A stretch of DNA of 64,000 bases from Octopus sinensis (lineage: Eukaryota). The notes below the pieces were generated by a model that was not told the origin of the DNA, searched no databases, and saw only the letters and a program-made list of their open reading frames with translations. The stretch spans positions 56,296,001 to 56,360,000 of the forward strand of contig NC_043001.1 of assembly GCF_006345805.1 (NCBI RefSeq). Reading direction: 5' to 3'. The translations under genes and the position numbers were made by a program. Positions 24,880 to 40,066 of this stretch are shown here, piece by piece; position 1 is the first letter of the stretch, and each line of letters starts with the position of its first letter.

Positions 24880-25210
24880 ATAATCCACCTCGCTAATAGG
24901 TTAATCTAATATACTGATCTATGTATGTAGTACTATGTAAGCTGGTAAGTGTACTGCTATAAGTAACCTGATGTAGTCTACTGCTCTATGTAGGCTGTTA
25001 AAATTTAACACGCTATGTAGAGGATATACTATTCTGCTCTGTTTACGTTTATATAATTTACAGCTTAATGTATATTGGTAGAATTTTCCGCTCTTTTAGG
25101 CTGCTGTAATTTACTGCTCCATGTAATGTGGTATGTTATACCAGTCAAGTAAACTGGTATAATTTACTGATAATTTACTACTCTATATTGGCTGGTATTG
25201 TTAATCGCCT
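24880..25210. repeat. Degenerate ~25-bp minisatellite
   Basis: Recurring variants of taatttactgctctatgtaggctgg. Confidence 0.5.
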
Positions 25211-26491
25211 CTAACATTGCTACGCGCTGGAAGTGATAAGGAATTGTCATGGCTGAAATACCTTTGACAATATATCTGCTCAGTTATTATTGACGCTTTC
25301 ACGTGTTTTATATTAAATGGTTGAACTGTTCCGCAGCACCTATTTTCAATAAAATCATCTTTACATATTTAACATTCCTCTGTTATTATAATGGAATAGC
25401 CTATACATATTCCTTTAGCAGATGCCACAATAGCATGAGCCACATTCATTTTCAAACCCATTCATTTACTGCCTCAGTGTTTTCTTTTTTTTTTTTGTTG
25501 TTTTGCTTTAGATGAGAGTTTAACACTCGTGTATTTATTTCCCTTAGATAACCTCATCTTTGAGGTTTTGTACAATTTCGTATACTATGACCTTTCAGAT
25601 AGAAACATTGGGAAACTGTTTCAAATAAAATATTATGAGTTTAGCCGAAGCCAGCTCTTATGCGAATAAATCTGGCAAATATAGCTTCTAGAGAAACAGA
25701 AATAAAATACTTCAAAATGTAAATTATAAAAACCGTAAAGATAAAGAATGATATATTAGTATTCCTTGAAATATATACCCTCAATATTCCCTGAACAATG
25801 TTCCATCAGTATTCGTTAAAGAGATTTACATTAATATCTATAGAAAGGTATTATAATAGTAATCTTTGAAGTGTGTTCCACCGGTGTTCTTTGATTCGAG
25901 TTATATCCAGTATTCACTGAAGTGTGCACTATCAACATTTTTTTTGGATTTAATTTTATTCCTAATGGTCAGGATGGTTTTACACTTCTGATTAAGGTGG
26001 CAGAACTTTAGGACTTGGTTTAGTGATTTAATGAAACTAGATTTTTAAGTTAATGTCAAATGAAATCTTAACACAATGTATGCTTGTGTAATCATGTTCC
26101 ACAGGCAACACGATTATACTGGAATGTACTCTGCATTTCAAAGATTTTTCTTGGATACGAAAGCAAACTATTTCAATTTTTCTTTTTTGGATTATTCACT
26201 TCGTTGAAAGGAGGTGGAGAAGTAAAACAAAACAATATACCCATGATGAGCAGTCTGAACAAATACCCAGTAAATAATATTTATTTACTTATTTATTGAT
26301 TGGAGCCTTAGTGTTACTGCTGCAATGAATAAAAGCAAAAGTAATCTTTTCTGCAATAGAGACGTCTATTATAGAGTGATCACAGACTTCATCTCAGGCT
26401 GTCCGAGATCTACTCCGCACAGGTTGGGGCATAAATGAGGATTAATTGTACGATAACGCTTTTACTGTAGTTATGACTTCTTACAGTAAAT

Positions 26492-26751
26492 AAAAAAAAT
26501 AAATGCGCCCTTTTAAAGCCTAACAAGGCTCATGGGCTCGGTTTCCCGGTTTCTATGGCGTATGTGTTCTCCAGCTGGACGAGACGTCAGTCCATCGCAG
26601 CGTTACTCCTTTTTGCCTGCTGAGTGGACTGGAGCAACGTGAAACGAAGTGTTTTGCTAAAGAATACAACGCGTCGCCCGGTTCAGGAATCGAAACCACA
26701 ATCTTACGATCATGATGCTGGCATCTTAACCACTAAGCCACGCGCCTCCAC
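26492..26751 (-). mobile_element. SINE related to family 3, with TSD
   Basis: tRNA-like head gtggaggcgcgtggcttagtggttaag...ggtttcgattcc. TSD tc(t/c)tacagtaaat at 26479-26491 and 26752-26764. Confidence 0.85.
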
Positions 26752-26904
26752 TCCTACAGTAAATGCCCCTTATTAAATGATTACTTTATGGACATAAGAC
26801 ATTTTACTTGTATTAAGCCGATTCTAACAAAAGATTAAGTTAAACATAGGCTTAGTGGTAGGGATCAATTCTGGTAAAATATTTAAGACTGAAAACAAAA
26901 GTTT

Positions 26905-27050
26905 GATAATTTCAAATACTTGTAAGTTTTCTGTCAAGGTAAATGGGACATTTTAATAAATGTCGTATGTATGTCATTCAGTGCATCACACCTTAAATTA
27001 TTTATTTAATTCATTCCACTGAACTACTTCAGTTGCTTTTCCTTAATTAT
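26905..27050 (+). repeat. Dispersed ~150-bp repeat, second copy at 33893-34040
   Basis: gataatttcaaatacttgtaagtttt...gcatcacacctta..ttatttatttaattcattcca.tgaactacttcag in both copies. Confidence 0.8.
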
Positions 27051-27060
27051 GTATGTTGAT

Positions 27061-27210
27061 TACATAGACCCAAGGGCTTATTTTATTGACTCCGAAAGGA
27101 TGCGAAGTGGAGTCGATATTGGCGGAATTTGAACTCAGAACGTAAGGACGGACGAAATGACACTAAGCATTTTGCCCAGCATGCTAACGATTCTGCCAGC
27201 GCGCCGCCTT
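27061..27210 (-). mobile_element. tRNA-derived SINE, family 1 (3'-truncated)
   Basis: ggcggaatttgaactcagaacgtaaggacggacgaaatg...gctaacgattctgccagcgcgccgcct. Confidence 0.8.
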
Positions 27211-27921
27211 CAAAGTTGACTTCAGCTGAATTTAAAGCATCGACACATTAACTATTCTGCCAGTTCATGGCCTGCTGCAATTGAATATCAACAGAGTAAA
27301 TATTAGCATTGTTACATCACTGGTTCTACAATAGAAAACAAAATGTGCTACAATTCAGCTTGAAACAGGAATTTCTAAGAAATAAACATAAATAGATAAA
27401 ACATATTAGATACGAGTTAAATGTTTAGTATTGAAAACAACCTATCAAATGTCATAAACGGGCAAATATTTAAGATGTTAACTCGCCATCTCATGTTTTA
27501 GCAATCTATTTTATTTACATCAGCAAAAGAGATTATCTCATATGCCATATGGTGTTTAGTTTACATGCTGAAATGGGATTATTTCTTATGCTATGTGGCA
27601 TAATATTTATTAAACTTTGGTTACTTTTTCTCGAAGCATCCCCACATTTCAGATGTAAGAGAATCTATATAAAGAAAGTTCCAGGTAAATGAGAGAACAT
27701 CTGGTAGAGTGTGACTTGAGGAACATTTTGTCGCTATTTCTCAAGCCGGTCAAGCTATTGCACGATCATTTTCATTGGCTCATTTCTAGAACTAAATTAA
27801 CCGTCATATCCTTCTATTTTTTTAAAGATGTTTGTAAAAAAAAGAAGGAAATGTCATATAAAGAATGTCTCTAAATATAGCATTTCTCTCCACAGAGGCT
27901 TATCTGGTATTAAACAACAGC

Positions 27922-27922
27922 A

Positions 27923-28011
<89 letters not shown>

Positions 28012-28087
28012 CACCACCACTACTACTACTACTACTACCACTACTACTACTACCACTACTACCACTACTACTGCTGCTGCTGCTGTA

Positions 28088-28120
<33 letters not shown>

Positions 28121-28139
28121 GCTGCTGCTGCTGTTGCTG

Positions 28140-28204
<65 letters not shown>

Positions 28205-28232
28205 GCTGCTGCTACTACTACTACAACAACTA
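27922..28232. repeat. Compound (CTA)/(CTG)/(CCA)n microsatellite
   Basis: Direct reading. Confidence 0.95.
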
Positions 28233-29045
28233 ATGTTGGTCTTATGGAACCTAATGAGGGCTGGTTCGTATGACAATTGGAACTGGGCACAATATCTTTC
28301 ACTTGGTTTTTGATCTTCCAATATCTCATTTATTCTTTCAAATTTTCCTTCTTTTACTAGTTTCATCTACTGGGCTGCCGCTATGTGGGTGCCATCGGCT
28401 TTAGTTGTATTATTCAATTATATGAACTCAACATGTTAGTCTCCTATATCTTCTATATTTAGCAAATGCATATGTAATCACTACACCACAGCATTTGTCG
28501 AACAACACTGACGTAAGTATATCTCGCTTTATAACAATATTGTCCAATAGAATCGGTTCCAACAAAATAATATTCGAATTGAAGTAGGCTCTCATACCAG
28601 TGAGCAGTTGGGTTAAAAACAATCAAGAAACTTATTTTCCCTGATTTTCTAGGATTCTCCCTGGTGCATTAGCGCATTTCTATTTTCTCGTGTCAAAAGC
28701 TTTCGTTAGATGAACAAAACTTGGTAAAGAATATCATTTCTAGGAGCTTCTTTTGTAACTGCGTAACGCTAAGTATCATAAATGGTGTCTTTACTACTTC
28801 TACATTACATTGAAACTATGGAAGAACGATGGGGTATTATGTATATGTACGGCTGATTCAACAAAATTTTGGTGAATATCTTAGCAGCGGTTAAAAGTTA
28901 GGAAATGCACGAAAGTTAGCACACTTTTTCTCTTCAAGAGTGAAATGAGTATGACATCCCTCCAAGCATGGAGGAACTATTAAGCCATTCTGTACGTAGA
29001 AAATCTAAAGCTGTCAATATATGTACATATAAATACATGCATACG

Positions 29046-29098
<53 letters not shown>

Positions 29099-30232
29099 CA
29101 CACACGCATAACTAAATGACAATATATATATATATATATACATGCAAAGGCATTCACGCTCATCTGTAATATAAATTGGACATGGGCGATCGTTGTATTC
29201 TTTCTTGTCTTGAGGTTCACAGCCAAACGGCTGGGTGGATTCGAGTGAAAAGTGGCACACATTTGGAGAAGGGTACATGGATTGGAATGCGGTTTGTATT
29301 TTTTCTAACCCCATACTTACCGAGAAAATCGATAAAAACTTTTCTAATAGATAACCTTAATCTTTAGTTACAGTTTCTCATTGAAACTACATAATAGGCA
29401 GAATTATCGGATTAAGGCAGCAGGGTGTTTTGAGGGAGATTTGGCTGCTATTTCAACCAGGCCTAGCTACCATGTACAGGTCTGAACTTAATTTTTATTA
29501 ACATATGCCTAACCGAAAACGATCATAGCCACATCATCCAAACTGACTGGGTAAAACCGAGCTTAGCTGCTAGTACACATATATATGTGAATGAATTTGT
29601 ATGTATATAGTCGTATATGAATATATATGTGCATACATACACACACACATACACATATATACATATGTATGTGTCTAGGTGTGCGCGAGCGTATACGTAT
29701 GCAAGTGCATCTGAGAAGATTAGAACATCAAGGAAACAATAAATATTCAAAGAGTCAGTGTTGTTAAGTACAATAGATGTGGTAGTAGTGTTTCATTTCA
29801 ATCTGTGAATAATCTCACTAATTTTTAGAATAATTTCGTCTGATTAACAAGTGTAAGACTACAAAAAATAATAATAAAAAAAATTGAATTCTTCTCATCT
29901 CAAAATATTACAATAATATTATCTGAGAATAAGCGAGTTGTACTCCTTTAGTCAGAATTTTTATATATTTGTATAACATATATAATTGATTTACTTAAAA
30001 CGCTGGATTTATAACTGTGGATAAGATTTCTAATCTAGCCGTTGTCCAAATGATTATCCTTGACTCTCCATGGGTTGTTAATGAAACATCTATCAGAAAC
30101 GTCATATGAACGTGTTTTATGATTAGAAATAAAACAAAAGACAAGATAAAAACACTAATACCTTATCGATGACACTAACTTATGATTTTTGGATAGAAAT
30201 TTAGTTGATGTAAGTTTATAACTGATATCATA

Positions 30233-30298
<66 letters not shown>

Positions 30299-32342
30299 CT
30301 GGTATATAGTTCACTACTGCAACAGAAGGAACATTATATAAACCGCAGAGTGCGTGCATTTTGATTAGTTTGTAGTAATGAAATTAGATTTTCATATGGG
30401 TAAAACCTGTTCTCGAAACCTACTAGAAATAGTAGAGAATGCTCTCGTAATCAACACCGAATTAGTTTAAAAGCGAAAGATGTATTGGATTATGCTGTCA
30501 GAACTATTGATTAAAAGACAAGATGGTCATGGATAGAAAGGCTTTGATTAGGCCTGGTCAATTAAAATTGACCTGGGATGACGTTAACAACAACAAACAG
30601 CATTTGCCCAAGCACTGCTACTTCCATTAAAAATAACTTTCTGCATTCTTTATCTGATACCGTAAAGTATGTAAATGGGAAATTAGTAACATTCATCGGA
30701 ATCGGTAAAAAGATATCCAAGCGAAATTATATTCCATCAATAGTTCTTTCAGTTCACCTACCAATATTCTATTGCCAGCTTAGGTCCATCAATAATCTTT
30801 AGCCACTTATTAATTAAATCACAAGTGATGAAGGGATGAATTGAATACAAAGCTATTGGTTGAACCTTCTGCTAGCGAAGCAAAAGCCTGACATGAAACA
30901 TCAAACTGAAGTTGCTAATTAAGATCTTTGCCATTAATCTAAAAGTCATACATCACTCTTGTTGCTTGATTTGAGTAATAAGTCAAGTTTCTTGTCTAAA
31001 ATGTCTTGAAGAGCGTGGGGAGGGTCAAACATTTGCAAGTAAATCAAAATATTTTTTTTTGTTATTGTTTTAATAAAATTAAAAAGAAAAATTCCCCGTC
31101 CACGCTCCTCAGAAGCCTGCATTCTTTGTTAGACGTAGTCAAGGCTGGAAATTGCAATTTGTTTATTAACAATTTGACAATTTATAGTTTAATAATCCTT
31201 ACAGAACAACAATATCAAGACAAGCGCCAACAAAAACAACAACAACAAGAACTAGAGAAACAACTATTTCACGACCAAGAATTACAACGTATAACAAGAA
31301 AAAATAAAGCATTATTATCTGCATCACCATCACTTGTAGTGGGGCTGGTAGTTGTAGTAGTAGTAGCAGTAGTTGTAGTAGTAGCAGTAGTAGTGGCAGC
31401 AGCAGCAGGTGCAGTGGTAGTAGTAGTAGTAGCAGGAAGAGGAGTAGCAGGAGCAGTAGTAGTAGTAGTGTTAGTTTTATCAGTAGTAGTATAAGGAGGA
31501 GGAGGAGGAGGAGGAGGAGGAAGAAGAGGAAGAAGAGAAGTGGCAATGATAATGCTAACATCAACACCACCGTGTACTCTCATATTTTATTTCTGTCTTA
31601 AATGAGAGAAGAATCTGCTTGCTGTTCAATGTTTCATGGTTTGAAATGAATCCACTTTCACAGACATCTGTAAGCTGTGGCCAGATTTTTGAAAGAAGAG
31701 ATTTTCAAGTTTAAAGCAATTAACGGAGAGACTTGACTTTATTCTTTTTCTCTCTTTTAAAGAACAAAATTGTGAAAAAAAAAGGTAAAAAGCAAAACAA
31801 AACCAAAACAGAAACAGCAAGAAAATTTTAAAAATAAACAGCAAAACAATAAAATGTCTTCATGGCTGAAGCTAGACGAACTGAAGAACTGAAAGTGATG
31901 TTCCATTGAGAAATTTTAAAGAGAGGGTGGTTGAAGAAAGCATAGATAATTTGATGTTTATGTTATTTTTCTCAAAAATGAAAAAAAATTTTTTTCTGTG
32001 TTTGTTTTTTCTTTTTGATTGACTTCTCTCATTTAAATGACAGTATTTAATTTCTTTTTGTGTTTTGTTTCCAAATATTTTAATTTTCTAATTTTGCATT
32101 CCAAAGTAGTTGATAATGAGAAAAATAAAGTTATTAAAATCTTCATTTTAAAGCTAAGTTTTCGATAATTTGAAAACTTCAAATTGATTTTGCTTGCAAG
32201 ATCAAATTTCTCTCTCTTTATCTCTTCCCCACCTCTTTCCCTCACCTTCTCTGTCTCTATCGCTATGCATACATACATGCATACATACATACATACATAC
32301 ATACAACACACACACATACATATATATATATATAATATATAT

Positions 32343-32450
<108 letters not shown>

Positions 32451-32833
32451 TATATTTTTGTCAAGATGGACAGTCTGATATAATCATTTCACACAAACTA
32501 GCGTTCGTACATAAAAGCAACCACATGCAAAATCTCTCATTCAAGCATACACATACGCACAGATACACACACACACATACACACACGTAGTCATATATGC
32601 GCACACAATCATGCACACACTCATAAATAGAACTGACGTTTGCTATTGAACAAATCAACAAGTTATCTTGTTTTCAATCTTAACCAGGAGATGTAGGAGT
32701 GGCTGCACTTCCTCTACATGTTTGTAATGCTTAATGTTTCGTTCCAAATACAGTTGAAGCAGCTTATTGTAATAACTGGGGCACAGTCTTCTAAAAAAGA
32801 ATACAAAAAAAAGAATTGATAATATTAAGCAAA

Positions 32834-33158
32834 GGCGCTGGTGTAGCTGTTTGATTAGAGGCTTGCTTCCTAACCACTTGGCTCCGGGTTCAGTTCCACT
32901 GTTTGGCACCTTGAGGAAGTGTCCTCTACTATAGCCCCGAGCCGACCAAAGCCTTATGAACCGATTTGATAGACGGAAACTGAAAACTGAAAGAAACCCG
33001 ATATGTATATATATATATATATATATACAAATATGTTTCTATGTTTGTGTGTGTGTGTATGTGTGTGTGCGTGTGCGTGCGCATGTGCGTGTGTGTCCCT
33101 GTTTGTCGCACCCCACCGCTTGATAACCGGTGTTGGTTTGCTTGAGTTCCCGTAAGCT
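32834..33158 (+). mobile_element. SINE family 2
   Basis: ggcgctggtgtagctgtttgattag...ccgaccaaagcc...gacggaaactg, then (TA)/(TG), then gcttgataaccggtgttgg. Confidence 0.78.
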
Positions 33159-34446
33159 AACTTGGGATCTTGGGGAGAGAATGCAAATCCTTAATTCATA
33201 TGTTACAAATGATTGCGATATCTGAGGCCATAAAAATCTGCAAGACCTTAAGATTTAAAGGATGATGCACTAAACAAATTGTTTTCCTTCGCAACCTTGC
33301 TACCAAGTGGGTAGGTGGCTGGTCAAAACTTGTTCTAAAATTAAAAACAGAAAGAAAACATACATACATTCATACAGAGAGAAGGAGAGAGAGAGAGGGG
33401 GAGAGGGGGGAGATAAATAACTTCTATACACTCGTTTGGCCTACTGAATGACTACATGTGGTTTTTATCTCTTCCTCCCATTCAGTGTCTCTCACTCTCT
33501 AGATTTTTGAGATAGACCAAAGAAGCCTCCGAGCAAGTTGGCGACCGGCTTGTTAGAAAAAGCAGCCAAATCTTCTCCAAATTAAATTCTAATATTTTTT
33601 AATAAAAGATACACCAAAAAGTGTTGCTGATATACAAAAAAACGTTACGGTTTCTGCTAGCACACTCATGACCATAGTCTTTGCGACTGGGACTTCATTC
33701 GAATTTTTACGTAACAAATTATGTCTATTGGCGAAAGCAGGCTTGAGTAGAATATTCTGTACTAAGAAAATCAAATAAAACCAGAAATATCAGCAACTAT
33801 CCCTTTGCCTGCAAAGAAAGATTAAAATCGTATAATGAAATGTAATGAAATTTATGCTGAATTGCTTGAAATTATCTCTGCGTTGCTAGAGAGATAATTT
33901 CAAATACTTGTAAGTTTTCAGTCCATCTTAGTGGAAAATTTTAATCAATGTTTTGTATATGTCATTCAATGCATCACACCTTAAGTTATTTATTTAATTC
34001 ATTCCATTGAACTACTTCAGCTGCTTTTCTTTAATTATGTTAATTACTACTATCCCAGTCATTCTATTACACTTTGTAGATGGTGGTGATGAGGGGGAAC
34101 AAACTGTCTGATTGTTCAAAGCACACTTGCATTAACTATACTGTGTTGAGGATGCAGGTTTAATTTGACCAGAACATGTTCTTAATGGTCCCTTTACCTA
34201 GAAATTTTTAAAAAATCATTTAAAAAAATCAAATTTTCTCTTAAATATATAAATAAATTTTTGTAAAATTAATTCTTAATTTGTTTAAAATATGTTCACC
34301 GTTTTTTGATAGTCACTAACCAATGGCGCTCGGTTTTTGTATTCTTTCTCCTGTTGAGAGGAGAATTACCATTAACTGAGATACATCAATACATAACAAT
34401 GTAACTCATTTTACCTCATTTATTAATCATATCTCTATATCTTATA

Positions 34447-34653
34447 TTGGCTTCAAATTTTTTCGCATAAGGCCAGCAATTTCACGGGCGAGGGCAAGTC
34501 AATGACACCGACCTCTGTGTTCAACCGACACGTATTTTATCGACCCCGACCAACAGATCCGACCTTATCAGAATGTGAACTCAGAACGGAAAGACGGGCG
34601 AAATGGCTTAAGCAATTTGTCCTGTGTGATAACAATACTACCAACGCGTCGCC
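34447..34653 (-). mobile_element. tRNA-derived SINE, family 1 (diverged)
   Basis: ttggcttcaaatttt...tattttatcgacccc...gaatgtgaactcagaacggaaagacgggcgaaatgg. Confidence 0.7.
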
Positions 34654-35790
34654 TTATCTTATATTTGCAAATATCATGTATTCTGCATTTTTATACTATA
34701 TATCCAATTTGTAGATGTCCATATTACAACTTTATGTGTTATATATATATACATATATATATATATAAAAGCTTCTTTTCTCGTATATATATATATATAT
34801 ATCTTCATATCTCACTTATATCTTTATATATATATTGATATCTATATATTGTATCAAAATATATAATATACAATATATTGGAAGGTGAAGCTCTTAATGT
34901 TATGTATCTAAATACATTCATTCCATATCCCATATTTTCATGCCTTATATGTATGTGTGTATATTTGTATGTGTATGTGCGCGATAAATATGTGTATGCG
35001 TCTATGTGTATATACGTATATACGCACATTTCTCGAGTTGCGAATTGCCCCATTAAATTTGGTTGTGTGACCTTATGACTGATATCCGTTTAAGCAGTGC
35101 TTCTTACTGCTACTCAATAGGAACAACACGAATAACAACAACAACAACCACCACCACCACCACCGCCACCAGACTAATCAAAAATACACTGGCTCCGTTC
35201 CTCCTCCGTAAAAGAGGATCTATTTTAGTTTGATTTAAAAATACTCATATATAGTTCGGCTTTACCACATTAATAATCTGCAATCAGATTTAAGAAGAAA
35301 TTAAGTTCATTATATGTTTTTTGTACATCAAATTTTCAGATTTTGACTGGAACACCATAAAAATATCCATTAACCCCGTGATAGGCAATATGCAGCTCTA
35401 TCTCTCACGCTGTAGTTGAGAGCATCTCGGCTAACTTTAGACGAACAAATACGTATGTTATTTTTGATTAAAACCATAAATCACAAGTATCATAGGTAAA
35501 TAGAGCGAAAACAGATCAACTTATTATAGAACGTCTGCTTTCACACGTAGCTTACGGTGGGACCTACCACTGCTCTAACCCATCTTCATCGTGACAGACT
35601 TTCTTATGAAGTTATAAATATTCCTTTGAAAGATAAGGGAAATTACCGATATATATGTCCTTTTACGTACGGAGTTCAAACACCAACAAAGTCGATTCAT
35701 CATCCTTGAAGTTGATAAAATACATACCAGTAAAACAGTGGAGTGAATTTTACCTCGTTCTTCTGGTAACAAAGCAATACTTCTCTAAAT

Positions 35791-36134
35791 CAATGCTTCC
35801 CAACTTTTTTTTATTTTGCCTATGAACCCTTTTGATTACTCTTTTACACTGGTGGACCCCTATGGACATTCGATGTTTCTAAAGTAGTTTTATAGAAACT
35901 TCTTTCTGAATTCCTGTTATATTTTTCACACATTAATTTGTGTAGGTTGAACCATGTAAAGCATTAGAGAAAGAAACTCAGCTGTTTTTTGCAACAAATA
36001 CATCGAAATCAAAAAATTTTCACGGACCCTTAATATACTACCGTGGATCCCCAATTTTCTATTTTGCTTGTACGCATCCCCAAAATTCTTATATAGGACC
36101 CTGGGGTCATATGGATCCTGGTTGAGAAACACTG
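35791..36134. mobile_element. hAT/Charlie-type MITE
   Basis: Imperfect TIRs caatgcttcccaact ... ggttgagaaacactg. Similar 8-bp flanks ctctaaat / ctcaaata. No coding capacity. Confidence 0.6.
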
Positions 36135-37059
36135 CTCAAATACAGTAATTTATGTGTTGAGAGAATTTCTGATTAAATACTGGTCTCCATAGTGCTGATG
36201 TCGTGGTGTTGATGATTTCATGATAGTGTTGGTATGGTAGTAATAGTAGTAGCAGTGGTTGGAAATGTAGTGGTGGTGGGATTATTTGAGTTGTAATGGT
36301 GTTGACATGGAAATATGGTGTGGTGGTAAAGGCGCTGTTATAAAGGAAGTGGTAGTGGTAGGGGCCTGTGATGGTGGAGTTGGTGGGGATTGTGATGGTG
36401 ATTTTGGTGGTGGGTATGTTATGGGGATGACTAAAGGGTCATGACAGTGCAGTAGAAGCGGCGGTTACAGCTGTAGTTTTGCGGCAGTAGATGTGGTGGC
36501 GGTTATTGTAGCGTTAGCTACAGCAAAGTGATGAACGGAGATAATATAGTGGTGGTGATGTTATGATGGTAAACAGTAATGTAGTGCTGTTGTTGTTGTT
36601 GTTTTTGGTGGTGGCAGAGGTGGTGGCGGTGGTGGTAATGTAAAATCACATATTCTTTAGATCTATCTGTGTGGAGTGGCAGCTGATGGCATATGAATGG
36701 ATTGACAAAAGAAGTAAAGAAAAAAGTCGAAAAATAAAACATACATACATACAAACATACATGTATGTGCAGGGACATGCATACATGCATACATGCGTAT
36801 ACTTTGTAGAAGATTTGTAAAACATTCCAAAGATTCTCGATTTGAGCTTCTTGGAATGGAATGAAAATATAAACACAATCGTATGTGTGTTTATAGCGCC
36901 ACACTTACACATGCAATGTATAAAGAATAATCACATATTCTGGTGCGGGGAAAAACAAAAAACATGTATCACATGAGTGCAAGTATATTCAGCCATGTAG
37001 TTATATACATTGACACATTAACTCCCTCGAACATTTACGGCGCTGTAAAATGGATTCGG

Positions 37060-37640
37060 GAACATACATACATACATACATACATACATACATACATACA
37101 TACATACATACATACATACATACATACATACATAATACCTACATGCATACATACACATACATTCATACGCATATAGATACATACATGCATACATATACGT
37201 ACATGCATGCATACATATACGTACATGCATGCATTTACATACAAACATATACATACACATAAATACATACATACATACACACACATTCATACACATATAT
37301 ACATGTAAATACATACATACGTACATGGATACAGACAGACATACATATACAAATACATATATACATACATTCATACACATACACACACATATATATATGT
37401 ATACATACGCATATTCATGCATAGAGATACATACATATCTGCATACATATAAGCACACACATACATATATTCACCCAAGCATTACATACTTACGTACACC
37501 TACATACACATACACATAAATGCATGAATAATTGTATGTATGGTCGTGCGTGTGCATGAGTGTGTGTGTGTGTGTATATATGTGTGTGTATGCATATGTA
37601 AACATATATATATCACACATACATATACAGACGCACTTAA
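37060..37640. repeat. (TACA)n and degenerate (CA/TA) simple repeat
   Basis: Direct reading. Confidence 0.9.
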
Positions 37641-40066
37641 ATAATATAGACTTATGTATGGACACATAAATGTATTCTGAACGATAATTTTTCAATATCT
37701 AAAACTAATATAATACGATAAAGTCTCACATATATAATATTTTAAGTTGAAAAACTTCGATTAACTTAGATCGTTAAAGATAGATAACCAGTATGTTTCT
37801 TGTTATTGTTGTTATTTATTTACGCAGTTTTTTTGGCATACTTTATATGCATTTAGGTGTGGTTGTAACACAATGTCCTTATATGTGATGTCTATCGAGA
37901 TTAATTGATTTTAGGAATGTATTTTGGAATGCTTATTTTCATATTATTGTTTTGTCATTAAGAAATGTTTAAGATGAGGCGTGATAGCGGCGGCGGAGTG
38001 ATGTTAGTAATAGCATCAGTGTTGATGGCGGCGGTGATGCGATGACATGAGGGTGGTGGTAGTAGTTAGTATAATGAATAAACAGTTATAAACTCAATGG
38101 AAAAACAGTGGACAAGAGAATGAGGATGGGGATGGTGTATCATTATTTTTTTTCTCTGTTAATTTTGTTTTCATTAATGCATTATATTTTTTTTACGTAT
38201 ACTCTTAAGAAAAGAAACAGTCTAATGATGGACAAATATTAAGTAGAATAAAATAAAAAGTTTGAGGAAGGAAGAAAAAAAATAATACCAACAATGTTGA
38301 TTGCAGCCATATATATCTGAATTTAATTAACCTATTTAATTTTGTGCCAAGTCCTGCAGGTATATAGCTCAAGTGATTTATACACACACATACACACACA
38401 CACACACACACGTATACATACATATGTATATACATTTATATCAACATATATAGATATATATTCATGTATATATATATATATACATATACATATATGTATA
38501 TACATGTATATATATATATATATATATACACTTATATACTTATGAATATATGCATATATATACGTATATAATACACATATATGTATATGCATATGTATAT
38601 GATATACATGTGTGTGCGTGCGTGTGTAATTATTCCTATGTGCATACACACACACATACACGCATAGAAACAGACACACATATGCTGAAGAACTGGCTGT
38701 TCTGTTAGTTTGTTACTTTTAGTGCTTCTCATTTAACCCTGTCCCCGTTACTAATGTATAATAGACAACCTGTCTCTAACAAATTAGGTTAGATGTACAG
38801 AGGCAAAACCAAACTATCGCCAGTTAAGTGAAACTAATCGCAGCTCCACAGTAAACATCTACACTCGGTTTCTGTATTCAGCGTTTACCCTCTCTTCTTA
38901 CACTCATATGTGAGACTAACATACTTATACATATTGTAAACACACATATATGCTCAGCACACTCATACATGTATCTATATCATAATGTGTTTGACTGTGT
39001 GTGTGTGTATGTGTGGAGGTAGTACGTGCACATGTACCTATGTGATTTTATAAAATGTTCGCAGAGCTACAAAGATGATGTATGCGTGTCACGTGATGTA
39101 CTTGTAAAGGGCAGACACACCACCGCAAGTCTTGAAAATTACGTATTCTATGAGAATAATTGTTAATTTCTTGACATTATTTCACTTTCTCTTTTGGAAT
39201 TCTGTAACATTGCCGTGATGAGACTAAACAATATGTACATTAAAAATTCCTTCAGTTTTCTAAATTCATGTTTTTGGCTTTCTTCGGCTATGTTTTTGTA
39301 ATTATGCAGATTACTTGGGTGAAAATACTTCTTGACAGTTTTTTCTTTGTAAAAATTTATAGTCTCCGATCAAGCAAGTTTTAAGAAAATGTTGTTTACT
39401 GATGAGGTCAAATAAAATCGAAACAATTTCGTAGTTGTCTTCTCTGTAAAAATGAGATTGCCACTGAGTTTATTGAATTAGATTTTAATTTCTTGAAATT
39501 ATCACTTCTTTTTGAGAGTCGCTAACAACTGTCGCAATGTTTTTGATAACTTCCTCCATCTAAGAAATAAATTTCAATTCATTCAGAATTTGTTTACATC
39601 CGTCCTTGAATCTTAAAATGTGTTAAAGTTGAAAGTGAAATCATTGCAGATCTTCTATTGTCTGTTGTTGTGGTGAAAAAACATTGCTGTACAATGGATT
39701 AACTTGATTCACGCTTTTCCTGAACGCTGAAGTACATCCTTATTTCATTTATGCAACCAATTTCTCTTATCGGTGTTTTATACCTAAATCAATCCAGATT
39801 TTATTTTCTGTTGTTCTAAAGCTGTTCCTTTATAACATGCTAACTTTTGCTACTGCTATCTTAGAACACGCAGATATGGCTTCTTGCTTTATTTCGCACG
39901 ATTATTTACATAAAACATTTCTTCTTAAATGCATATTTTCAGAGAATTTTTCTATTGCCTTATATAGGCAACATATAACAGAGCAAGAGATCATTCTGTA
40001 CCTCATTATGTTTGCAGAACTACAAAATATAAAGCGAAGGAAAGAAGAAAATAACTCGGTTTCAAA

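Noticed and set aside
28463-28512. 50-nt plus-strand exon-like segment with GTAAGT donor; CICNHYTT resembles a GPS motif
   Set aside because: The GPS-like frame has a stop, the open frame is unrecognisable, and there is no compatible partner exon.
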